A DNA stretch of 64,000 bases from an uncultured Acidobacteriota bacterium (GTDB taxonomy: Bacteria > Acidobacteriota > Thermoanaerobaculia > Multivoradales > UBA5704). The stretch lies in contig CAVXIV010000023.1 in assembly GCA_963761805.1 (NCBI GenBank), positions 609,378 to 673,377 on the forward strand. Direction: 5' to 3'. The translations under genes and the position numbers were made by a program. The notes beneath the pieces are model-generated. The model saw only the letters and a list, made by a program, of their open reading frames with translations. It ran no database searches and was not told the DNA's origin. Of this stretch, positions 29,927-37,417 are shown one piece after another. The number at the start of each line of letters is the position of its first letter. The stretch's first letter is position 1.

Positions 29927-30372
29927 GCAGCATATCCCCGGGCCTTAGATGGTTCGTGGCGACACGAGCTGATCATCTTTGCGAATACTGCCTTCTGCAT
30001 TCAGAAGACATGTTCTTCGGTGGCCAGATCGACCACATCATCAGCGAAAAGCACGGGGGACGAACGCAGGAAGAGAATCTCGCCTTTGCCTGCGCCTACT
30101 GTAACCGCTACAAAGGAAGCGATGTCGCGTCAATCGTTCCTGAATCGGGCGAGTTGGTCCGCCTCTTCAACCCACGCACGGATCGATGGAGTGACCACTT
30201 CAGTCTCGGTCCGGACGGCATCACAATCCTTCCCCTGACGACTATCGGTGAGGTCACCTGTCGAACCCTTCGAATGAATGAAAGCCCTCGCCTCCTTGAA
30301 CGCGAAGCTCTTCGCCAAGTCGGGCGCTATCCGCCGCCAGGGGCGAAGAAACATTTGGGTGGTCTTGGCTGA
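29923..30372 (+). CDS. HNH endonuclease
   Basis: CEYC ... DHIISEKHGG ... NLAFACAYCNRYK is a classical HNH/zinc-finger arrangement. Confidence 0.8.
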   Translation: MSSISPGLRWFVATRADHLCEYCLLHSEDMFFGGQIDHIISEKHGGRTQEENLAFACAYCNRYKGSDVASIVPESGELVRLFNPRTDRWSDHFSLGPDGITILPLTTIGEVTCRTLRMNESPRLLEREALRQVGRYPPPGAKKHLGGLG

Positions 30373-30378
30373 ACAGCC

Positions 30379-31032
30379 TCAGCCGCCGCCGATCTCCACC
30401 ACCTCATCCCCGGCCACCACATAGACCCGCTCTCCACGCCGGGGGCGGACGGAGGCGCCGCCGGTGAAGTCCCCAAAAGCCGGGAGGAGCCCCACCCGCT
30501 CGCCGAAGTAGAAGCACGGCAGCTTCTCCCGCTGCCTGCCGGGGCCGGAGAGGGAGACCGCCGGGTGGATGTGCCCGGCGAGGACGTAGCCGCCGGCCTC
30601 CTCGGCGGGATGGTGACGGAAGGCGAAGGGGGGCTCGAAGCAGGGCTCGTCACAGCAGGTGAAGCCCCATTCCACAGGCGGGTCCCCTGCTGCCCGATCA
30701 TGGTTGCCGCGCACGAGAACGATCTCCAGCTCCTTGTGGCGGTCCCTCCAGGACGAGATCGCCGCAAGCGTCCGGCTGGCCTTTCCGGACTTCGCATGGA
30801 AGAAATCTCCCAGCAGGAGAAGACGTTCCGAATTTGTCCGCTCGATCGCCAAGCTCAATCGGGCGAGCGTCTCCGTGGTGGTGCCGCCGGGCAGCGGGAT
30901 GGCGGCGGCGCGGAAGGAGGCGGCCTTGCCGAGGTGGACGTCGGCCGCGATCAGGGTGCCGGTCCTCTCCCAGAACAGAGCGCGCTCGGGGAGGAGGACC
31001 AGGGGCTCGCCCTGGACTTCGGCGCGGATCAT
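30379..31032 (-). CDS. pdeM: ligase-associated DNA damage response metallophosphoesterase PdeM
   Basis: Calcineurin-like motifs DVHLGK, GDFFH, GNHD, GHIHP. ATG overlaps the helicase stop (ATGA). Confidence 0.85.
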   Translation of the reverse strand: MIRAEVQGEPLVLLPERALFWERTGTLIAADVHLGKAASFRAAAIPLPGGTTTETLARLSLAIERTNSERLLLLGDFFHAKSGKASRTLAAISSWRDRHKELEIVLVRGNHDRAAGDPPVEWGFTCCDEPCFEPPFAFRHHPAEEAGGYVLAGHIHPAVSLSGPGRQREKLPCFYFGERVGLLPAFGDFTGGASVRPRRGERVYVVAGDEVVEIGGG

Positions 31033-33488
31033 CCCGCCGCCTTCTCCAGCCGCGCCTGCATGCGCCGCACGCGGTCCGCCAGCTTCTCCGAGCTGATCTT
31101 CTGCTCCCGCAGGCGGTCCACCATCAGCGGGAACGCCATGGGGCTGGGCCGCGCGATCTCCACCAGCTTCACCCGCGTCCCCGCGAGACGGGCCAGGGCC
31201 TGGCCCATGCGGCTGCGCTCGAGCTGCTGCTCCAGCACCTCGCGGTGGGCCTGGAGGAGCAGCAGATTGCCCGGATCGTACTTGGCGAAGACCTCGTAGA
31301 AGAGGCCGCTGGAGGCCTGGAGGTGGCGGGCCGTCTTGCGCTGGCCCGGAAAGCCCTGGAACAGGAGGCCGGCGATGCGGGCGATGTCCCGGAACTGGCG
31401 CTTGGCCATCTCGGCGGCGTTGAGACTGGCGGGGATGTCCTTGGCCAGGTTGCCCGGCGACAGGAGGCCCGCCTCCAAGGCGTCCTCGAAGGGGGCGGGA
31501 TCGGGCGAGAGCAGCTCGATACCGTAGTCGTTCACCGCCAGGGTGAAGGTGATGGGGGTCAGGCGCGAGATCCGGTACGCGAACAGCGCCGCCAGCCCCT
31601 CGTGCACCAGCCGGCCCTCGAAGGGATAGAGGAAGAGGTGGTGGCCGTCCCGGGTCTTCAGCCGCTCGATCATCAGCTCGTCCACGGCGGGGACGGCGCT
31701 CCACGCGGCCTGCAGCTCCAGGAGGGGGCGCACCGCCTCCATCTCCGGACCCTGGAAGACGCTCCGCCGGGCCTCCTCCAGCCGCTCGCGCACGGCGGCG
31801 GCCAGGGCCGTCGAGAGGGGGAGGCGGCCGCCCATCCAACGCGGGATGGCCCCGGAGCGGCCTTTGGCTTTCTTGACGTAGGCCGTCATGTCACGGACGG
31901 ACTCCAGCTCCAGCAGCCGGCCGGCGAACACGAAGCGGTCCCCCAGCCGCATGCGGGCCACGAAAGACTCCTCCACCGTGCCCAGCTTGCCCCCGGAGAG
32001 GTATTGGACGGAGACGGAGGCGTCGCTGGTGATGGTGCCGATGGCCATGCGGTGCCGGCGGGCCACGACGCGGTCGGGCACGACGTAGAGGCCCTCCCTC
32101 TCCTCGACCCGGCGGTACTCCGGATAGGCGGCCAGGGCCGGACCGCCCCGGGTGACGAAGTCGAGGGTCCACTCCCACTCCGCCTCGCCGAGGTCGCGGT
32201 AGGCGTGGGCGCCGCGCACCTCGGCCAGCATCTCGGCCGAGCGGAAGCCACCGCCGGCCGCCACCGTCACCAGGTGCTGGGCCAGCACGTCGAGCGGCTT
32301 CTCGTAGGGGGTGCGGGGCTCGATGCGGCCGGTCTCCAGGGCGCGCCGGGCGGCGGCGACCTCGATCAGCTCGAAGGCGTGGGTGGGGACGCAGGTCACC
32401 CGGCTGGGTGCGCCGGGCCGGTGACCGCTGCGGCCGGCCCGCTGGAGCAGGCGGGCGATCCCCTTGGGGCTCCCCACCTGGAGGACGCGGTCGACGGGCG
32501 CGAAGTCCACCCCCAGGTCGAGGCTGGAGGTGCAGACCACGCAGCGCAGCCGCCCGGAGCGCAGGCCGTCCTCCACCCAGTCGCGGACCTTGCGGTCGAG
32601 GGAGCCATGGTGGAGGGCGATCTCGCCCGCCCAGTCGGGCCGGGCTTCGAGGATCGACTGGTACCAGATCTCCGTCTGCGAGCGGGTGTTGGTGAAGACC
32701 AGGGCGGTGCGTCCTTCCTCGACGGCGGCGATCACCTGCGGCAGGAGCCGCACCCCCAGATGGCCCGCCCAGGGGAAGCGCTCGAGGGTCTCCGGGATCA
32801 CGGAGTCGATGCGGATCTCCTTGGGCGCGGCGCCGCGGACGAGCCTCCCGGCGCGGCCGGTCCCGACCAAGGAGGAGAGGGCGGTGTCGATGTTGCCGAG
32901 GGTGGCGGAGAGGCCCCAGACGCGGAGGTCCGGCTGGAAGCGGCGGAGGCGGGCCAGGGCCAGCTCGGTCTGGACGCCCCGCTTGTTCCCCATCAGCTCG
33001 TGCCACTCGTCCACCACCACCAGGCGCAGCTCGTCGAAGCGGCCGCGGGCGCCGGGGAAGGAGAGGAGGAGCGAGAGGCTCTCGGGTGTGGTGACCAGCG
33101 CGGTGGGGAGCTTCTCCCGTTGGCGCTCGCGGACCGTGGAGGTGGTGTCGCCCGTGCGCCGCTCCAGGGTCCAGGGGAGCCCCAGCCCGGCGAGAGGAGC
33201 GCGGAGGCTCGCCTCGGTGTCCGCGGCCAGGGCGCGGAGGGGCGTCAGCCAGAGGACGCGCAACGGGGGAGCGGCGGCCCGGCGGCGGGGGCGCTTCTCG
33301 GGCTCGGGATGGTCCTCCATCCATTCCAGGAGAGCGGCCATCCAGGCGGCGTAGGTCTTGCCCGTGCCCGTGGCCGCGTGGATCAGGCCGCTCTCGCCGG
33401 CCCGGTAGGCGGCCCAGACCTCGCGCTGGAACGCGAAGGGGGTCCAGCCGCGGGAGGCGAACCAGGAGTCGAGGCGGTCGTGGCTCAT
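31029..33488 (-). CDS. lhr: Lhr-type DEXH-box helicase (ligase-associated DNA damage response helicase)
   Basis: Walker A ATGTGKT, DEWH box, SATLGN, TSSLDLGVDF, QRAGRSGH. 819 aa intact. Confidence 0.9.
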   Translation of the reverse strand: MSHDRLDSWFASRGWTPFAFQREVWAAYRAGESGLIHAATGTGKTYAAWMAALLEWMEDHPEPEKRPRRRAAAPPLRVLWLTPLRALAADTEASLRAPLAGLGLPWTLERRTGDTTSTVRERQREKLPTALVTTPESLSLLLSFPGARGRFDELRLVVVDEWHELMGNKRGVQTELALARLRRFQPDLRVWGLSATLGNIDTALSSLVGTGRAGRLVRGAAPKEIRIDSVIPETLERFPWAGHLGVRLLPQVIAAVEEGRTALVFTNTRSQTEIWYQSILEARPDWAGEIALHHGSLDRKVRDWVEDGLRSGRLRCVVCTSSLDLGVDFAPVDRVLQVGSPKGIARLLQRAGRSGHRPGAPSRVTCVPTHAFELIEVAAARRALETGRIEPRTPYEKPLDVLAQHLVTVAAGGGFRSAEMLAEVRGAHAYRDLGEAEWEWTLDFVTRGGPALAAYPEYRRVEEREGLYVVPDRVVARRHRMAIGTITSDASVSVQYLSGGKLGTVEESFVARMRLGDRFVFAGRLLELESVRDMTAYVKKAKGRSGAIPRWMGGRLPLSTALAAAVRERLEEARRSVFQGPEMEAVRPLLELQAAWSAVPAVDELMIERLKTRDGHHLFLYPFEGRLVHEGLAALFAYRISRLTPITFTLAVNDYGIELLSPDPAPFEDALEAGLLSPGNLAKDIPASLNAAEMAKRQFRDIARIAGLLFQGFPGQRKTARHLQASSGLFYEVFAKYDPGNLLLLQAHREVLEQQLERSRMGQALARLAGTRVKLVEIARPSPMAFPLMVDRLREQKISSEKLADRVRRMQARLEKAAG

Positions 33489-35185
33489 TCCACCGGTCTG
33501 GGCCGCGGCTTCTCGATCCCCAGCCAGTCCGCCACCCGGCCGGCCACCTCCGTGGTCCGCACCGGACCGGTGCTCCCCTTGGCGACGCCGCCGCCGAGGG
33601 CGAGGAAGATCCCGTGCATCGCGGGGTAGGTGTTGAGATACCCGTGCCTGCCGTAGACCGTAGTGGGCGCGGCCGGGACGCCGCCGGCCAGGAGACCGTC
33701 TTGGACGCCGAAGCCGGGACGGACGAGCAGGATCAGGTCGCCGCTGTTGGGGTGGTTCAACTGGAGCTCCGCCGCCTCCTCGCGGGCGACGATCCGTTCG
33801 ACCGGCCGCTCGCCGTCCACCGTCCAGACGGCGAACAGCTCGCGCAATCGCGGCAGGAGGTCCCGGCGGCCAGGAGCCACCCAGACGTGGCTGATCCCTC
33901 CCGAGCCCACGGCGTGAGCCACCGTTCCCTGCGCCAGGACGTTCCCCTTGGCGTCGGCGGCCAGAAGGCCTTCCCGCCGCAGGAGGACGTTGGGGTCGAT
34001 CGCGGTGTGGACGGGCGCCATGCCGTGGTCGCTCACCACCGCGACCACGGTGTTCCGCAGATCGAGGGAGCGCAGCAGGCGGCCGAGCTCCCGATCCACC
34101 GCCTTCCAGACGCGGTGCCGGGCCCGTTCCAGCTCCGCGCGGCGCTGCGGCGAGAAGCCCGGCTGGCGGGGATCGGCGAGGGTGAGCTCGTGACCCGCCT
34201 CGTCGATCACGGGGATGTAGCCCATGAGCAGATCCCAGCCGGGGCGCTCGGAGGCGGCGAGGAGGCTGTCGCCGAAGAAGCGGGCGAAGCGCTCGGCCTG
34301 CTCGGTCCAGGTGCCGAGATCGATCCCGTTCTCATCGTCCGGCGCGCCGGGCCAGTAGAGCCCCCGCCGGGCGAGGTCGGCGGCGAAGTCGGCCGGGTAG
34401 GCCTTGAGCGGGTAGACCCCGTTGAAGTAGATCCGGACGCGCCGCAGATCGGGAGAGGCCTCCAGGAGCTTGACGGGACAGACGGCGTCCCTGCCGCCGA
34501 GACTGCAGGGGATCTCCCGCCAGACGTTGAGGACGAGCGGCCGGCCCTGGACGGTCAGGGTGCCGCCGCTCGCCACCCGGATATGGAACGTCTGCGCCGC
34601 GGGCGTGCCCCGGGACAGCTCGAGCCGGACCCGCTTCCCGGCCTCTCCGGCGGACGCCCACTGCCCCTGCTCCAGCGTCACGAGCTGGGCCGGACGGTCT
34701 GGGTTGTTGACGTAGACCATCCCCCAGTCGGCCCGCCGGCGCTCGCCCCGGTCGTCGGCGCCCGGGAAGGTGTTGACAGCCACGCGCCGGCCCTGCCGCC
34801 GGGCCGCCTCCCACAGGGTTTCGGTCTCGATGGTGTGGTCGAAGCCGCGGACCGTCGTGGTGAAGGGGGCGCCGGGGAGCTGGATCGTGTTCCCCACGAT
34901 CCCCGTCTGGTCGGCGGGATAGCCGGTCGCCAGGCTGATGTGGTTCGGCGCGGTGAGCGTCGGATTGACGTTCACCAGCCGTTCCGCGACCTGGCCCTCC
35001 TGGAAGAAGCGGGCGAAGCCCCCCTCGGAGAGGACGCCCGCGCGCCAGAGCCGCCGCAGCTCGTCGGCGCCGGCGCCGTCCAGGCTCAGCAGGACGACCC
35101 GGCGCGGGGTCTGTCCGGGAGGAGCGGGAACGCTGGCGCAGGCCGCGAGAAGGGCGAGGAGGACAGGGAGGCTGGAGCGTCGCAT
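33485..35185 (-). CDS. secreted alkaline-phosphatase-superfamily nucleotide pyrophosphatase/phosphodiesterase
   Basis: Signal peptide. LLSLDGAGADEL and NPTLTAPNHISLATGYPADQTGIVGN (NPP-type nucleophile Thr context). VVSDHGM. Confidence 0.8.
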   Translation of the reverse strand: MRRSSLPVLLALLAACASVPAPPGQTPRRVVLLSLDGAGADELRRLWRAGVLSEGGFARFFQEGQVAERLVNVNPTLTAPNHISLATGYPADQTGIVGNTIQLPGAPFTTTVRGFDHTIETETLWEAARRQGRRVAVNTFPGADDRGERRRADWGMVYVNNPDRPAQLVTLEQGQWASAGEAGKRVRLELSRGTPAAQTFHIRVASGGTLTVQGRPLVLNVWREIPCSLGGRDAVCPVKLLEASPDLRRVRIYFNGVYPLKAYPADFAADLARRGLYWPGAPDDENGIDLGTWTEQAERFARFFGDSLLAASERPGWDLLMGYIPVIDEAGHELTLADPRQPGFSPQRRAELERARHRVWKAVDRELGRLLRSLDLRNTVVAVVSDHGMAPVHTAIDPNVLLRREGLLAADAKGNVLAQGTVAHAVGSGGISHVWVAPGRRDLLPRLRELFAVWTVDGERPVERIVAREEAAELQLNHPNSGDLILLVRPGFGVQDGLLAGGVPAAPTTVYGRHGYLNTYPAMHGIFLALGGGVAKGSTGPVRTTEVAGRVADWLGIEKPRPRPVE

Positions 35186-35194
35186 GGACGCATC

Positions 35195-35638
35195 TTACGC
35201 GGTCCCGGTGGAGCCGAAGCCGCCGCTCCCCCGGGAGCTGTCCTCCAGGGAGTCGGCCTCCTCCCATTCGACGGGCTCGACGCGGGTGATCACGAGCTGG
35301 GCGACGCGGTCGCCGCGGCGGAGGCTGAACGGCGCCTCGCCCAGGTTGACCAGGATCACCGCCACCTCGCCGCGGTAGTCGCTGTCGATGGTGCCGGGGG
35401 CGTTGAGGACGCCGACGCCGTGCCGGAGGGCCAGCCCGCTCCGGGGCCGCACCTGGCCTTCCCAGCCCGGCGGGATCTCCAGCACGATGCCGGTGGGAAC
35501 CAGCAGGCGCTCGCCGGGACGGAGCACGACCTCGCTTTCCAGGGCGGCGCGCAGGTCGAACCCGGCGCTGCCGGGAGAGCCTTGCGTGGGGAGCGGCAGA
35601 TCGCGGGCGGCGGGGAGCCGCTTGATCCGTACCTTCAT
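35195..35638 (-). CDS. dut: dUTP diphosphatase
   Basis: [26 protein letters not shown] and C-terminal [10 protein letters not shown] motifs. ATG overlaps the upstream stop (ATGA). Confidence 0.9.
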   Translation of the reverse strand: MKVRIKRLPAARDLPLPTQGSPGSAGFDLRAALESEVVLRPGERLLVPTGIVLEIPPGWEGQVRPRSGLALRHGVGVLNAPGTIDSDYRGEVAVILVNLGEAPFSLRRGDRVAQLVITRVEPVEWEEADSLEDSSRGSGGFGSTGTA

Positions 35639-36468
35639 CGCGGGCCGCGCGGAGCGCCGTTCCCGCCCCGCTGCCCGCGCGGGTTCGGAGAGGAATTCGG
35701 CCGTCCGTCCGGGCCCGGGATCTCGCCCTCCCCGCCCCCGGGCAGGTTGCCGCCGGGGACCTGGTTGACGAAGCGCATCGGCCGGCCGACCCAGCGGAGG
35801 GACATGTTCGTGACGGCGTTCGGGTCCGGGTTGCCGATGCTCGGGTTGCCCGGGATGCCCTGCCGCCCAGACGTGACGACATCCTCGGTGAACCGCCACT
35901 CGTCGTAGCGCTCGCGCCCGAACATGATCAGGATCGACTTCTTGGGGCTCTTGCTGTGGACGCCGACGATGGGGCCGACCTGGACGACATCCCCTTTGCG
36001 GGGACCGCCGAAGCCGGGCCGGCCGTCGCTTTCCCCGTCCTCCCCGCCGGGAGCGTTGGGATCGGGGGGAACGTTGGGATCCGGAGGCACGTTCGGGTCC
36101 GGGGGAACGTTCGGATCGCCCCCGGGCTGGCGTTGCAGGTTGGAGCGGGGGTCGTTCTGGAAGATCAGGCCCCATTTGCCGTCCTCGGTCATGGGGTCCT
36201 TCCAGAGCTGGCGGATGCAGCGCGGTTTGACCTCCAGGAGCTCCTCCAGCTTGTTGGGATAGCGCTGGTAGCGCTGGTGGAAGAGGCGGATGGCCTCCGC
36301 GTACTGGAGGCCGCGGAAGACCAGCTCCTCCTCCTTCTCCCGCCGGATGATCTGGGTCCACGAGGGGAGCGCGGCCGCGAGCAGGATGTTCATCACCGTG
36401 ATCGCCACCACCAGGATGACCAGGTTGTAGCCGGCCTCGGACCTTGCGGCGTGGGGCGAGGTCTTCAT
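35635..36468 (-). CDS. pseudopilin-like membrane-anchored protein with a DPNVPP x3 repeat
   Basis: N-terminal hydrophobic helix [23 protein letters not shown] resembles a prepilin-type helix without the canonical GFTLxE. An 18-bp coding tandem repeat at ~36052-36117 gives [24 protein letters not shown]. Confidence 0.6.
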   Translation of the reverse strand: MKTSPHAARSEAGYNLVILVVAITVMNILLAAALPSWTQIIRREKEEELVFRGLQYAEAIRLFHQRYQRYPNKLEELLEVKPRCIRQLWKDPMTEDGKWGLIFQNDPRSNLQRQPGGDPNVPPDPNVPPDPNVPPDPNAPGGEDGESDGRPGFGGPRKGDVVQVGPIVGVHSKSPKKSILIMFGRERYDEWRFTEDVVTSGRQGIPGNPSIGNPDPNAVTNMSLRWVGRPMRFVNQVPGGNLPGGGEGEIPGPDGRPNSSPNPRGQRGGNGAPRGPR

Positions 36469-36897
36469 CACCACTCGCTGTAGGGCGTGCCGTCCAGACT
36501 GTTCCCTTCGGCTCCGGAGCGCACGTCGACGATGCCGGGCGCGAGCTCGTCGCCTTCGGCGGTCTCCTCCTGCGGATTGTCGGGATCGAGCTCCTCGTAG
36601 ACGGGGACCCAGGTCTCGGCGCTCTTGGTGATGGGATCGATGGGGAGCTTGCGGAGGTAACCCTCGTCCACCAGGGCCTGCAGGCTTTTGGGATAGCGTC
36701 CCTTGTCGCCGTAGTGCTGGTCGATGACGTCGCGGAAGGTCCGCAGGTCGGTCTTGAGGACCGACTCCCGCGGCCCGCGTGGGGACGTCCTTCAGGGCCG
36801 GCATGGCGATGGTGGCCAGGATGCCGATGATGGCGATGACCACGATCAGCTCCAGGAGGGTGAAACCGCTCTGCCGTTGTCCGCCGAGCTTGCGCAT
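36468..36897 (-). pseudogene. gspG: GspG-type major pseudopilin, one frameshift near 36775
   Basis: Prepilin signal [27 protein letters not shown] after a ggaaggagg RBS. Continues in another frame: [47 protein letters not shown].. Confidence 0.7.
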
Positions 36898-36911
36898 GGG
36901 TCCTCCTTCCC

Positions 36912-37385
36912 TCACCACTTCCGGTAGGGGACGCCGTTCAGCCCGACGCCCTGGGAGAGGGAGTACACGTCGTATACGTTGTTACCGTTCCACGACGTTG
37001 AGTCCCACTCGTCGTCGTAGCTGCGCATCCCCCACTCTTCCTTGCCGGTCATGGGATCGACGGGGACCCGGCGCAGCAGCTTCAGCTTCTTGTCGACCTG
37101 GCCGACGACCTCCACCCCTTCCACCAGCACCTCGAGCTTCTTGGGATAGCCCTCGGTGCCGAGGTCCTTCTGGATCATCCCCGCGTCGACGTAGCGCTTG
37201 TATTCGTCGATGGCGTAGCGCATCTCCCGCAGGGCGAGCCGGAGATCGGCCTCCTTCTGGCGTTTGACCGTGAACTTCGCCACCGGCAGGGTGACCGTCG
37301 CGAGGATCGTCAGGATGGCGGCGACCGTCACCAGCTCGGCCAGGGTGAATCCGCTTTCGCGGCGGCGATGCTCCGTGCAAGGCAT
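36912..37385 (-). CDS. gspG: GspG-type pseudopilin
   Basis: [25 protein letters not shown] prepilin N-terminus. ..[19 protein letters not shown]... RBS ggagg. Confidence 0.75.
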   Translation of the reverse strand: MPCTEHRRRESGFTLAELVTVAAILTILATVTLPVAKFTVKRQKEADLRLALREMRYAIDEYKRYVDAGMIQKDLGTEGYPKKLEVLVEGVEVVGQVDKKLKLLRRVPVDPMTGKEEWGMRSYDDEWDSTSWNGNNVYDVYSLSQGVGLNGVPYRKW

Positions 37386-37417
37386 GACCGGACCTCCAAT
37401 CCGACTCCCTAGAGGTT

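Noticed and set aside
30834-33629. 931-aa plus-strand ORF, and similar long ORFs at 33614-35908, 37784-40606, 43173-44771, 45550-47301, 53154-54947, 58745-60829 and 60893-62791
   Set aside because: All are antisense to genes with strong catalytic motifs and translate into Arg/Gly/Ala/Pro-rich low-complexity sequence. They are artefacts of the high GC content.
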